Shown here piece by piece: positions 13,317-23,110 of a stretch of DNA of 64,000 nt; within the stretch, counting starts at the first letter, position 1; every line of letters begins with the position of its first letter. A program made the translations under genes and the position numbers. The notes under the pieces are model-generated. The model was not told where the DNA came from, did no database searches, and saw only the letters and a list, made by a program, of their open reading frames with translations. Source of the DNA: Verrucomicrobiota bacterium. GTDB taxonomy: Bacteria > Verrucomicrobiota > Verrucomicrobiia > Limisphaerales > JACPZS01. The stretch covers positions 3,919 to 67,918 of the forward strand of contig JACPZS010000068.1 in NCBI GenBank assembly GCA_016195385.1, written 5' to 3'.

Positions 13317-13380
13317 GGCGCGCAGAATAATGTTGCCGCTGCGACGGGGCAATGAATTTGCGCGTGGATGAAATTTCGGC

Positions 13381-14856
13381 GTGCAAACGGTGCTCCGTGT
13401 GCTACCCATTTCACTGATGTTACACCACTCGCCACGGCTTGAAGATGCGTTCCTGACGCGCCGGGATTTCTTGCGCCGCTCGGGCATGGGCATGGGCGCG
13501 CTGGCGTTCACGCAGTTGTTGCAAGGAGTCGGCGCGCCGTCCTCGCTGGTCGCGGCGGAGGCGATCAATCCGCTCGCGTCGAAATCGCCGCCGTTTCCCG
13601 CGAAGGCCAAGCGCGTCGTCCATTTCTTCCTCAACGGCGGCATGTCGCACGTGGACACGTTCGATCCCAAGCCAATGCTCGACAAGTTCGCGAACAAATC
13701 GCTGCCGATTGAAAACCTCCGCACGGAGCGCAAGACCGGAGCCGCCTTCGCTTCGCCGTTCAAATTTCGGAAGCATGGTCAAAGCGGCATCGAAGTGAGC
13801 GACATTTTCCCGCGCATCGGTGAGTGCGTCGATGACCTGGCGGTCATTCGTTCGATGCAGGCGAAGCTGCCGAATCACGAACCGTCGCTCATGCTGATGA
13901 ACTGCGGCGACGCTGTGCAAAGCCGGCCGAGCGTCGGCTCGTGGGTCACGTACGGCCTCGGCACCGAGAACCAAAACCTGCCGGGCTTTATCGCGATGTG
14001 TCCGGGCGGCTACCCAATCAAGGAAGCGGAGAACTGGCAGTCCGGTTTTCTGCCCGGCGTGTTTCAAGGAACCTACATCGACACGCAGCACACGAAGATC
14101 GAGAAGCTGATCGAGAACATCCGCAACAACTACACGTCGCTGCGCGAACAGCGCCAGCAGCTCGACCTGATGCAACAACTCAACGCCGATTACCAGCAGC
14201 GCCGTCGTCAGGACGCCCGTCTGGAAGCGCGCGTGCAATCGTTCGAGCTGGCCTATCGGATGCAGATGGACGCCGCCGACGCCTTCGACGTCAGCGCGGA
14301 GCCGGAGTCGATTCGCGAACTGTATGGCTCCGGCACGCACGCGCGGCAGACGCTCATCGCGCGGCGATTGCTCGAACGCGGCGTACGCTTTGTCCAGCTC
14401 TGGCATGGCGCGGGCCAGCCGTGGGACAACCACGACGACATCCAGCAACACGCCAAGCTCGCGAAGGAAATCGATCAACCCATCGCCGCGCTCATCCAGG
14501 ATCTCAAACAGCGCGGCATGTTGGACGACACGTTGATCGTTTTCGGCGGCGAATTTGGCCGCACACCCACGGTGGAACTGAACGACTCCGGCAAGGACAA
14601 GAAAGGTCGCGATCACAATCCGTATGGCTTCTCGGTGTGGCTCGCGGGCGGCGGCGTGAAGGGCGGCACCGTCTATGGCACGACGGATGAGTTCGGTTTC
14701 AAGGCGGTGGAGAACGTCGTCGAAGTTCACGACCTGCACGCCACGATTCTGCACCTGCTCGGCTTCGATCACGAAAAATTCACCTTCCGCTACGCCGGCC
14801 GCGATTTTCGCCTGACCGACGTGCATGGCCGCGTGGTCAAAGAGATCGTTGCATAG
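13381..14856 (+). CDS. DUF1501 protein (sulfatase-like, Tat-signal)
   Basis: [17 protein letters not shown] twin-arginine motif. C-terminus [29 protein letters not shown]...[12 protein letters not shown], which is characteristic of DUF1501. Confidence 0.85.
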   Translation: MQTVLRVLPISLMLHHSPRLEDAFLTRRDFLRRSGMGMGALAFTQLLQGVGAPSSLVAAEAINPLASKSPPFPAKAKRVVHFFLNGGMSHVDTFDPKPMLDKFANKSLPIENLRTERKTGAAFASPFKFRKHGQSGIEVSDIFPRIGECVDDLAVIRSMQAKLPNHEPSLMLMNCGDAVQSRPSVGSWVTYGLGTENQNLPGFIAMCPGGYPIKEAENWQSGFLPGVFQGTYIDTQHTKIEKLIENIRNNYTSLREQRQQLDLMQQLNADYQQRRRQDARLEARVQSFELAYRMQMDAADAFDVSAEPESIRELYGSGTHARQTLIARRLLERGVRFVQLWHGAGQPWDNHDDIQQHAKLAKEIDQPIAALIQDLKQRGMLDDTLIVFGGEFGRTPTVELNDSGKDKKGRDHNPYGFSVWLAGGGVKGGTVYGTTDEFGFKAVENVVEVHDLHATILHLLGFDHEKFTFRYAGRDFRLTDVHGRVVKEIVA

Positions 14857-15163
14857 CTACCCAGTAAAATTCGCAGTCATTTCATGTATTGCCACAAAAC
14901 CTTTAACGCACAAACTCTCCTTCAATGAGCCCGAAGACATTACCCAACAAGTGCAACAACTTCCGCCGACCGAAGTCTTCACGCTCGGTCAATGGCTGCG
15001 CGAATACGAAGCTTCACTATGGGATCAGCAGGATCAGCAAATCGAAGCCGACCTGCGTGCCGGCAAGCTCGACAAACATGCGCAAAAAGCATTCGCGGAG
15101 TCGCGTGAAAGGAAGATCCGGCCCTTCTTGCGTGGACGCGTAGTAAATGACGTGATCAGTTAG
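14825..15163 (+). CDS. Small hypothetical protein inside the low-G+C insert
   Basis: The ORF overlaps the DUF1501 stop by 31 nt. It is AT-rich and I recognise no family. Coding status is uncertain. Confidence 0.3.
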   Translation: MAAWSKRSLHSYPVKFAVISCIATKPLTHKLSFNEPEDITQQVQQLPPTEVFTLGQWLREYEASLWDQQDQQIEADLRAGKLDKHAQKAFAESRERKIRPFLRGRVVNDVIS

Positions 15164-15220
15164 CCAACAGGAGCAGCGAAGAAATAATTCTTAAATTGCT
15201 TGGTATTACCGAACAAAACT

Positions 15221-15838
15221 ATGCACCTTATTTTCTTAGCCTTGTTTTTCTTCTTGAGCACTTTTTCCACTTTTTCTGATGTAGTGATTAGCGGATTTGC
15301 TGCCGGCCAAAATCCCTTTGGAAGTATTTTTGTTAGCATTTCTGCCAACAATGATGGGACTCAAACGCTCCTCGCTCCCTCGTCATCGGACATTGCATGG
15401 GTTGCAACTGAAAACTTTTTCCCTGGGATTGTTGATTTTTCTGAAGGCGGGACAAACAATGCGATTAGTTTGCGCGCTCGTTTGGAGCCCGATCACACGG
15501 ATAACGGTGCAATTGCTTTGCAGTTTAATTATCCACCAAGAACCTCAGGCCGTCCTGCGGAAAGTGTCGGTACAAGCATCCCATTCGGCTTATTCAACGC
15601 ACAAGATTTTACTACCATCACGATTCCATTATCCGACTTCCAAGGGACAATCACTCCCCCTGCACTTGATTCTGTCATAAGCGTTTTCTTGCATAATGTG
15701 CCCAGCGAGCCTGGCCACATTGTTCATATCACCTTTGACAGCCTCACGGCTGTCTCAATTCCAGAGCCCGGTACAGTTTCGCTCGGTATAGTTGGTTTCG
15801 TGACATTGCTTCTAGCCAGATACACTCGACGGCTTTAG
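15221..15838 (+). CDS. PEP-CTERM sorting-domain protein (exosortase substrate)
   Basis: N-terminal signal peptide MHLIFLALFFFLSTFSTFS. The C-terminus IPEPGTVSLGIVGFVTLLLARYTRRL has PEP, a TM helix and a basic tail. The gene is low G+C. Confidence 0.7.
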   Translation: MHLIFLALFFFLSTFSTFSDVVISGFAAGQNPFGSIFVSISANNDGTQTLLAPSSSDIAWVATENFFPGIVDFSEGGTNNAISLRARLEPDHTDNGAIALQFNYPPRTSGRPAESVGTSIPFGLFNAQDFTTITIPLSDFQGTITPPALDSVISVFLHNVPSEPGHIVHITFDSLTAVSIPEPGTVSLGIVGFVTLLLARYTRRL

Positions 15839-15949
15839 CGAAAAACGTAGCCGAATGGTTGCAAGCATGGCTGACCATTCTTGCAAACCGAATTAAAACC
15901 GCCAGCTACCTTGCTAAACCTCTCTCGATCCTGCGCGCTGCTGAGGACA

Positions 15950-16089
15950 AAGCGCACGAGACGACTTTCACGCGACGATTCTGCATATGCTCGGCTTCGA
16001 TCAGAAAAAATTCACGTTCCGCTACGGCGGCCGGGGGTTTCGCCATGACGGATGTGCATGGCCGCGTAGTCAAAGAGATCGTTGCGTAA
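15950..16089 (+). pseudogene. Diverged, frameshifted duplicate of the DUF1501 3' end
   Basis: It encodes [27 protein letters not shown], then a frameshift, then [13 protein letters not shown]. Compare the intact gene's [41 protein letters not shown]. About 85% nucleotide identity to 14730-14859. Confidence 0.7.
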
Positions 16090-16111
16090 CTACCAAGAAA
16101 ATTGAGTTCAA

Positions 16112-16300
16112 ATGAAAACGAAACTCGATCAAAATCGCAGCCCGTTCGCCGGGTTCACTTTGATCGAGTTACTGGTCGTCATCGCCATCATCGCGATTCT
16201 GGCGAGTTTGCGACTGCCTGCTCAGACGAGATTTAAGGTGCCGGCTCGCCGGTTTGAATGGAGGGCATTGGACAGAATTTCGAGGATTTCAGATTGGTGA
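16112..16300 (+). pseudogene. Truncated prepilin-type N-terminal cleavage/methylation-domain fragment
   Basis: [33 protein letters not shown] carries the canonical motif, but the ORF stops after 62 aa and has no DUF1559-like body. Confidence 0.6.
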
Positions 16301-16416
16301 GGCAGTTTCCAAATCGAATTGAGTTATTTCGGAGGCGTGCGCTTCCAATTCGCCGGCTTGGAATTTACAAGCGTTCGTGATGAACTGTGAAATGGTGATT
16401 CGTGAGAACTGACTAA

Positions 16417-19400
16417 GTGACATTGATGATTCAGAAATATCCGGCGCGTTCGCTCGCGCGAGTAGCGGCTATGCTCGTGCTGCTGGCAGGCGTGTGTCGA
16501 GCAACCGCCGCCGACCGCATGGAGCGCGAGTTGGAACTTCGCTTCGCCGACACGGTGCATCCCTTTCTGCAAACCTACTGCTTTGCCTGCCATGGCGAAG
16601 AGAAACAAAAGGGGAAGCTGGATCTGCGGCCTTACTCGACCACGGAGGCCGTGGCCAAGGGTTACCGCCAGTGGGAAGTCCTGCTAGAAAAGCTCAAGGC
16701 GGTGGAGATGCCGCCGGAGGAAGCCAAACGGCATCCCACGGTGGAGCTTCGGCAAAGCGTCATCGATTGGATTCAGGCGATGCGCAGGAGTGAGGCGCGG
16801 CGAAACGTCGGCGATCCCGGACCGGTGTTCGCGCGCCGGCTGAGTAACGCCGAATACGACCACACCATCCGCGATTTGACGGGCGTTGACCTCCGGCCGG
16901 CGCAGGAGTTTCCGGTCGATCCCGCCAACGAAGCCGGCTTCGACAACTCCGGCGAGTCCCTGATCATGTCGCCCGCGCTCGTGACGAAGCACCTCGAGGC
17001 GGCGCGACGGGTCGCCGAACACATTGTCCTGAAGCCGCAAGGTTTCGTCTTCGCACCGCATCCCGTCGTCACGGAAACCGATCGGGATAAATTCTGCGTG
17101 AAGCGCATCATTGATTTCTATCAGCAGCAGCCGACCGACTACGCGGATTATTTCATGGCGGCCTGGTGCTTCAAGCACCGCGCCTCCATTGGCAAGCCGA
17201 AGGCCACGCTGGCCGAGTTCGCCACGGCGCAAAGAATCAGCTCCAAATACCTCGCGACGATTTGGTCCACGCTATCAGACCCGCAGGATGCGGTCGGACC
17301 AATCGCCACGTTACGGGCGATGTGGCGGGAGTTGCCGGCACCCCCGCGGGAAGTCCGGCCGGACCGGGAGAACATCGCGCGCAGCGGATGTGAGCGGATG
17401 CGAGATTTCGTGGCGAGCCTCCGCCAAAAACTCAAACCGGAAGTCAGCAATCTCGCCGTTCGTGGAATCGCCCCCGGTTCCCAACCGCTCGTGCTCTGGA
17501 AGGATCGACAGATGGCGGCGAACCGCACTCGGTACGACCCCGGCGCATTGCGAGTCCAGGGCGAATCGACGGCGGACGCAGGGGGAATTGACCCGGCACT
17601 CGCCGTGCCTCACGACAATTCCGCTCGTGCGCGCTACGAGGCCGCGTTCGATCGATTCTGCCACGTCTTCCCCGACGCATTCTACGTGTCGGAACGAGTT
17701 TTGGTTTTTCTCAAGGAGGACAAGGACAGCCGCGGGCGGCTGTTGAGCGCCGGGTTTCACCTGATGACGGGTTATTTCCGCGACGACGCGCCGCTCTCCG
17801 AGCTAGTTCTTGACGAGCAAGCCCGGCGCGAGTTGGACGGACTGTGGGAGGAATTCCATTTCATCACGCTCGACTCCATGCGGCAGTACAAGGACTTCAT
17901 CTTCTTCGAGCGGGCCGAGCCTCCCCGATTTGCGCAAGGCGCTGAATTCGACTTCGCCCGTTCCGAGGACAAGGATGTGACGTCCGAGGCGAAGATCAAA
18001 CAACTCGCCGAGGCTTATCTGGCCAAGGCGCGCAGTAATGGCGGTGAAGGGGCCGCCATCAATGCCATCGAGGACTACTTCAAGAATATTTCCGCCGACA
18101 TTCGCCGGGTCGAGCAAGCCAGGCTGGCGGCGGAACCCAGTCACCTCCAGGCGCTGCTGGCCTTTGCGGAGCGCGCCTACCGTCGGCCGCTGTCGAAAGC
18201 GGAGGGCGATGACCTGCTCGCATTCTATGGCGCGCTTCGCGCAAAGGATGGCCTGGACCATGAAGAGGCTGTCCGCGACACCGTCGCCAGCGTGCTGATG
18301 TCCCCCTACTTTTGCTACCGCGTCGAACTTGGTGGGACGGTCGGACAGCCAGCTGTATCGCCGGATTCGAATGCAGTGAAATGGAAGGCGCAGCCATTGT
18401 CCGACTACGCGCTGGCCAGCCGTTTGAGCTACTTCCTCTGGTCGAGCATGCCCGATGCGGAATTGCTGGCCCGCGCGAAGGCGGGGGATCTGCATCGACG
18501 CACGGTGCTCGTCGCCCAGACGCGGCGGATGCTTCAGGATGATCGCATCCGTGGTCTGGCCACGGAGTTCTGCGGCAACTGGCTCGACTTCCGCCGATTC
18601 GAGGAGCACAACGCCGTGGATCGCGAACGGTTCAAGAGCTTCAACAACGAGCTGCGCGAGGCGATGTTTGAGGAACCGATTCGCTTCATGGTGGATCTCG
18701 TCCGCGAAGATCGTCCGGTTTTCAACTTCCTCTACGCCGACTACACGTTCGTCAATCCGATCCTGGCCAGGCACTACGACATGCCCGAACCCCGCGTCCG
18801 CTCGAACGAGTGGGTGCGGGTCAACGACGCGAATCGTTACGAGCGCGGCGGTCTCCTGCCCATGTCGGTATTCCTGACCAAGAACGCGCCCGGCCTGCGC
18901 ACCAGCCCGGTGAAGCGCGGCTACTGGGTCGCCCGCCGTGTGCTGGGCGAACGGATCCCACCACCGCCACCGGCAGTCCCTGAGCTGCCCAACGACGAAG
19001 CGAAGCTCGGGGATCTCACTCTGCGCGAGACGCTGGCCAGGCACCGGGCGGACAAGAATTGCGCCGGCTGCCACGCGCGCTTCGATGCCCTTGGCCTGGT
19101 CTTCGAAGGCTTTGGCCCAATCGGTGAGCGCCGTGAGAGAGATTTTTCCGGCCGGCCGGTGGACACTCACGCCACGTTTCCCGGCGGCAGCGAAGGAGCC
19201 GGACTCGACGGCCTGCGCCGATACCTGCGTGAACACCGCCAGCAGGAGTTCCTCGACAATTTATGTCGCAAGCTGTTAGCCTACGCTCTCGGACGAAGCT
19301 TGTTGCTCTCGGACGACGGCATCATCGACGACATGCGCGCCAAACTCGCAGCCAATGGATATCGCTTCAGCAGCCTGGTGGAGACCATTGTCACCAGCCC

Positions 19401-19446
19401 GCAGTTTCTGAATCAGCGAGTTGACGACAACCTCACCATGCGATGA
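16417..19446 (+). CDS. Large PVC-type multidomain protein (DUF1587/DUF1592/DUF1595/DUF1588/DUF1585 family) with an N-terminal CxxCH motif
   Basis: 1009 aa. Signal peptide, CFACHGEEKQKGKLDL, and RRLSNAEYDHTIRDLTG (DUF1587-like). It is paired with the downstream DUF1552 gene through a 4-nt ATGA overlap. Confidence 0.8.
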   Translation: MTLMIQKYPARSLARVAAMLVLLAGVCRATAADRMERELELRFADTVHPFLQTYCFACHGEEKQKGKLDLRPYSTTEAVAKGYRQWEVLLEKLKAVEMPPEEAKRHPTVELRQSVIDWIQAMRRSEARRNVGDPGPVFARRLSNAEYDHTIRDLTGVDLRPAQEFPVDPANEAGFDNSGESLIMSPALVTKHLEAARRVAEHIVLKPQGFVFAPHPVVTETDRDKFCVKRIIDFYQQQPTDYADYFMAAWCFKHRASIGKPKATLAEFATAQRISSKYLATIWSTLSDPQDAVGPIATLRAMWRELPAPPREVRPDRENIARSGCERMRDFVASLRQKLKPEVSNLAVRGIAPGSQPLVLWKDRQMAANRTRYDPGALRVQGESTADAGGIDPALAVPHDNSARARYEAAFDRFCHVFPDAFYVSERVLVFLKEDKDSRGRLLSAGFHLMTGYFRDDAPLSELVLDEQARRELDGLWEEFHFITLDSMRQYKDFIFFERAEPPRFAQGAEFDFARSEDKDVTSEAKIKQLAEAYLAKARSNGGEGAAINAIEDYFKNISADIRRVEQARLAAEPSHLQALLAFAERAYRRPLSKAEGDDLLAFYGALRAKDGLDHEEAVRDTVASVLMSPYFCYRVELGGTVGQPAVSPDSNAVKWKAQPLSDYALASRLSYFLWSSMPDAELLARAKAGDLHRRTVLVAQTRRMLQDDRIRGLATEFCGNWLDFRRFEEHNAVDRERFKSFNNELREAMFEEPIRFMVDLVREDRPVFNFLYADYTFVNPILARHYDMPEPRVRSNEWVRVNDANRYERGGLLPMSVFLTKNAPGLRTSPVKRGYWVARRVLGERIPPPPPAVPELPNDEAKLGDLTLRETLARHRADKNCAGCHARFDALGLVFEGFGPIGERRERDFSGRPVDTHATFPGGSEGAGLDGLRRYLREHRQQEFLDNLCRKLLAYALGRSLLLSDDGIIDDMRAKLAANGYRFSSLVETIVTSPQFLNQRVDDNLTMR

Positions 19447-20801
19447 ATCGAAATCAGAATACAGCTTCAATGAAGCCCCCAGGTTTCCAAGTCTCCAGGC
19501 GACGATTCCTCCGCGGCGTCGGTGTGGCGATGGCGCTTCCGTGGCTCGAATCGATCCCGGTTTGGGGCGCCGCGCCGCCCGTGTCCGGGACGCCGGGACC
19601 GTTCCCCAGGCGCTTCGCCGCGTTGTTCATGGGCAATGGCATCAACTCGCAGCATTGGTGGGCGCACGGGTCCGGCGCCGACATGGAACTGGGCAGGAGC
19701 CTCCAGCCGATGGCGCCGCTCAAGGCCAAGATGAATTTCATCACCGGCCTCTTCAACAAGCACGCCACCGGCGTGGGCATTCATCCGGGGCAAACCGGCA
19801 ACATCCTCTCCGGCGCGTCGCTGCAGCGAGGCGCCGTGCTCAAAGGCGACGTCAGCATGGATCAGGTGCTGGCCAATCATCTGGGGCAGGAGACGGTGCA
19901 GCCCAGCATGGTTCTCGGCTGCGAACAACCAATCACCGGGTACCACGAGACTAACTTCTCGATGGCCTACAGCTCGCACATCTCGTGGCAGAACGCGACG
20001 TCGCCCGTCCCGATGGAAGTGTATCCCTCGCTGGCGTTCGACAGCCTCTTCGACAACCGCGGCAGCCGGCGCACGCAGAGCATCCTCGATCGCGTGCAGG
20101 AACAGGCCGCGCGCCTGAGCCGGCAGGTGAGCCGCAACGACAAGGCCAAGCTCGACGAGTACCTCACCAGCGTGCGTGAAGTCGAGACGCGCATCGAACG
20201 CTTGCGCAGCACGAAGGCAAGTGCGGATGAAAAAGTGCGGGAGCGAGGGCCGGCGGTGCTGGCCATGAAGCGGCCCGACAACGGCCTGCCGGAGGACATC
20301 CGCGAACACATGCGCCTCATGTGCGACATCGTCGCCCTCGGATTTCAAACCGACAAGACGCGCGTCGCCACGCTGCTGCTTTGCCGCGATCTCTCCGGAC
20401 TGTTTTATCCCTTCCTCGACGTGCGGACCGCGCACCATCCGGCCTCGCACGACGATCAATCCGACGCGTATGAGCGGGTGTCCCGCTATTATTGCAGCCA
20501 GCTCGCCTATCTCGCCGGAAGGCTGGAAGCGATGCCCGAAGGCCAAGGCACGGTGCTCGACAACTCCTGTCTGATGTTCATCTCGAACATGTGGTCCGGC
20601 AGCAAACATGACTCCAGCAAGGTGCCGGTCATCCTCGCCGGCGGCCTGGGTGGCACGCTGGAAACCGGCCGCGTCCTGGACTACACGACTCAGGGCGACG
20701 ACAACCGCAAGCTGTGCAGCCTGTATCTATCGATCATGGATCGCATGAGCGTGCGGCTCGACCGCTTCGGCGACGCCGAAACACGCCTCGCCAGGCTTTG
20801 A
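19443..20801 (+). CDS. DUF1552 protein (Tat-signal partner of the DUF1587-family protein)
   Basis: RRRFLRGVGVAMALPWL twin-arginine motif. 452 aa. C-terminal ...RLDRFGDAETRLARL is typical of DUF1552. Confidence 0.85.
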   Translation: MNRNQNTASMKPPGFQVSRRRFLRGVGVAMALPWLESIPVWGAAPPVSGTPGPFPRRFAALFMGNGINSQHWWAHGSGADMELGRSLQPMAPLKAKMNFITGLFNKHATGVGIHPGQTGNILSGASLQRGAVLKGDVSMDQVLANHLGQETVQPSMVLGCEQPITGYHETNFSMAYSSHISWQNATSPVPMEVYPSLAFDSLFDNRGSRRTQSILDRVQEQAARLSRQVSRNDKAKLDEYLTSVREVETRIERLRSTKASADEKVRERGPAVLAMKRPDNGLPEDIREHMRLMCDIVALGFQTDKTRVATLLLCRDLSGLFYPFLDVRTAHHPASHDDQSDAYERVSRYYCSQLAYLAGRLEAMPEGQGTVLDNSCLMFISNMWSGSKHDSSKVPVILAGGLGGTLETGRVLDYTTQGDDNRKLCSLYLSIMDRMSVRLDRFGDAETRLARL

Positions 20802-20844
20802 GGCGGCGAGGCAAGGACGATGCGCTGGCTTTTCTTGCCGATCG

Positions 20845-21036
20845 ATGTGCGGCGAAACAACCACTTCACCTCGGGCCGGCTTTCTGCGAACTACACCGCC
20901 GTATACAGACAATGGAAAATCTGAGAGTAACGGATTCACTTTGATCGAACTTTTAGTCGTCATCGCCATCATCGGGATTCTGGCGGGCTTGATTCTGGTT
21001 TGTAGCAGACCGATCTGCGTGATCTTGGCGCGTTGA
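20845..21036 (+). pseudogene. Truncated or frameshifted prepilin-type N-terminal motif fragment
   Basis: ...SNGFTLIELLVVIAIIGILAGLILV then a stop. An ATG (MENLRVT) sits in the adjacent frame 1 nt off. There is no mature domain. Confidence 0.55.
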
Positions 21037-21258
21037 ACGTGACGCTGGCTTCTATCGGATTTGCTGGAGGCACGGCACAAAGGAATCACTTCCGAAGCAA
21101 CCGCAACTTGCTCGACAATCTCCGCCTCGCCTCGGAAACTGCGCGCATGTTTTGCATACGCAGTGCAATTTCAATTCGAGTAAGCGCGGTCGTGACGCAA
21201 AAGTTGGCGCGCCGCCGCTGTTTCGCCGGGTGTTGTTTTATTTACTGCTGAAGCGCTC

Positions 21259-23097
21259 ATGTCCCGCCACCACGCCGTTGCAGCCAGTTCCGATCCGACG
21301 CTTTCGGCGAAATCGCGTTCGACCTGGGAGATTATTCGGCGGGTCGCTGTTTACTTGCGTCCCTATCCGTGGATGATGCTAGGCACGGTTAGTTGCGCGA
21401 TTCTGTCGCTGCTGTTCCAGTTTTCGTATCCGCGACTGACGCAGTTCATCGTCGATGACGTCATTGGCAAGCGGCAGATGGAAAAGCTGAGTTGGGCGAT
21501 GCTGGCGCTTATCGGCGCGTTTCTGCTGCGGGAAGTTTTCAATAGCCTGCGCATTCGCATCAACAACACATTCGAGCAAAATGTCATCTTCGACATGCGT
21601 CGGGCGGTGTACGCGAAATTGCAACGGCTGCCGGTAAATTACTTCGACCAGCGTGCTTCCGGCGATTTGATGACGCGCGTGATCGAAGACGTGAATTCCG
21701 TTGAGCGCGTGCTCATCGATGGAACCGAGCAGGGGACGGTGGCGCTCTTGAGCATCGTGGGCGTGCTCGGCGTTCTATTTTACGTGAATGCGCGGCTGGC
21801 CTTGGTGGCGCTCACGCCGGTGCCGCTGCTGGCGGGCGGCGCGCTTTGGTACACACTCACGGCGCATCGCCGTTACCGCGCGCAACGCGAGGCGGCGAGC
21901 GCGATGAACGCTTTACTGATGGATAATCTGCAAGGCGTGCGGCAAATCAAATCTTTCGGTCGCGAGCCGCACGAAGATGAACGCTTCGCGCAACGTGCGG
22001 ATGACTTGCGCGAAGGCACGCTGGGCGTGATGCGCGTGTGGGCGATGTATTCGCCGGCGATGGGTTTCGCGGGCACGCTGGGCGTCGGGCTGGTGCTGTG
22101 GGTCGGCGGACAACACGTGCTCGTGGGGCCGATGACTGTCGGCGAACTGGTCAGCTTCGTTCTCTACTTGACGCTCTTTTACGAGCCGGTAACGCGTTTG
22201 CATGGATTGAACCAGATGCTCCAGGCCGCGCGCGCGGCGGGCGAACGCGTGTTCGACATTCTGGACACGGAGGTCGAACGCGCGAATGATCATCGGCGCG
22301 GCGAGAAGCTCACGAGCGTGCGTGGCGAGGTGGATTACCAAGAAGTTGGTTTTGCCTACAATGTCGAGCGCGCGGTTTTGAAAAATATTTCACTCCGCGC
22401 TCGTCCCGGCGAAATGATTGCGCTGGTCGGCCCGACGGGGGCTGGCAAATCGACGCTCGTCAATTTGCTGCCCGCTTTTTACGAGGCGACCTCGGGACAG
22501 ATCACCATCGACGGACACGACATCAGCCGTGTTTCCCTTGATTCGCTGCGCGCGCAAATCAGTATCGTGAGTCAGGAGCCGTTTTTGTTCAACGGCACCA
22601 TCCGCGAGAACATCCTCTACGGCCGGCTGGAGGCGACGGAGGAGGAATTGATCGCCGCCGCACGCGCCGCGAATTGCCACGAGTTCATCAGCCATCTGCC
22701 GGAGGGTTACGATTCACGCGTCGGCGAGCGCGGCGTCAAGTTGAGTGTCGGCGAGAAGCAGCGGGTGAGCATCGCGCGGGCGCTGCTGAAAAATGCCCCC
22801 GTGCTCATTCTCGACGAAGCGACGGCGAGCGTGGATACGGCGACGGAGCGGTTGATTCAGGAGGCGTTGGAACGGCTGATGACTGGCCGGACGAGCTTCG
22901 TGATCGCGCATCGCTTGAGCACGATTCGCCGCGCCAATCAGATTCTTGTTTTGCGGCGTGGTGAGATCGTCGAACGCGGCACGCACGAGGAGTTGCTGGC
23001 GCGCGACGGGCTTTACGCGAAGCTCGCGCGCATCCAGAACACGACGTTCATCGAGGAAGGATTTGAAAAATTATCCGTCGCCGAATCGCCGGCCTAG
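21259..23097 (+). CDS. ABC exporter with fused permease and ATPase (MsbA/type I exporter-like)
   Basis: Six-TM N-terminal domain, then an NBD with GPTGAGKST Walker A, the LSVGEKQRVSIARAL signature, and Walker B ILDEATASVD. Confidence 0.85.
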   Translation: MSRHHAVAASSDPTLSAKSRSTWEIIRRVAVYLRPYPWMMLGTVSCAILSLLFQFSYPRLTQFIVDDVIGKRQMEKLSWAMLALIGAFLLREVFNSLRIRINNTFEQNVIFDMRRAVYAKLQRLPVNYFDQRASGDLMTRVIEDVNSVERVLIDGTEQGTVALLSIVGVLGVLFYVNARLALVALTPVPLLAGGALWYTLTAHRRYRAQREAASAMNALLMDNLQGVRQIKSFGREPHEDERFAQRADDLREGTLGVMRVWAMYSPAMGFAGTLGVGLVLWVGGQHVLVGPMTVGELVSFVLYLTLFYEPVTRLHGLNQMLQAARAAGERVFDILDTEVERANDHRRGEKLTSVRGEVDYQEVGFAYNVERAVLKNISLRARPGEMIALVGPTGAGKSTLVNLLPAFYEATSGQITIDGHDISRVSLDSLRAQISIVSQEPFLFNGTIRENILYGRLEATEEELIAAARAANCHEFISHLPEGYDSRVGERGVKLSVGEKQRVSIARALLKNAPVLILDEATASVDTATERLIQEALERLMTGRTSFVIAHRLSTIRRANQILVLRRGEIVERGTHEELLARDGLYAKLARIQNTTFIEEGFEKLSVAESPA

Positions 23098-23110
23098 AGT
23101 CGCCAGGGCG

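Noticed and set aside
13420-14826. 468-aa minus-strand ORF antisense to the DUF1501 gene. Similar long antisense ORFs occur at 16684-17232, 17803-19236, 19467-20609, 26775-27878, 31738-34095, 37106-38101, 44378-45295, 47105-47887, 48703-50139 and 55910-56539.
   Set aside because: All overlap strongly supported genes on the other strand and translate to Arg/Ala/Gly-rich sequences without motifs. They are high-G+C shadow ORFs.
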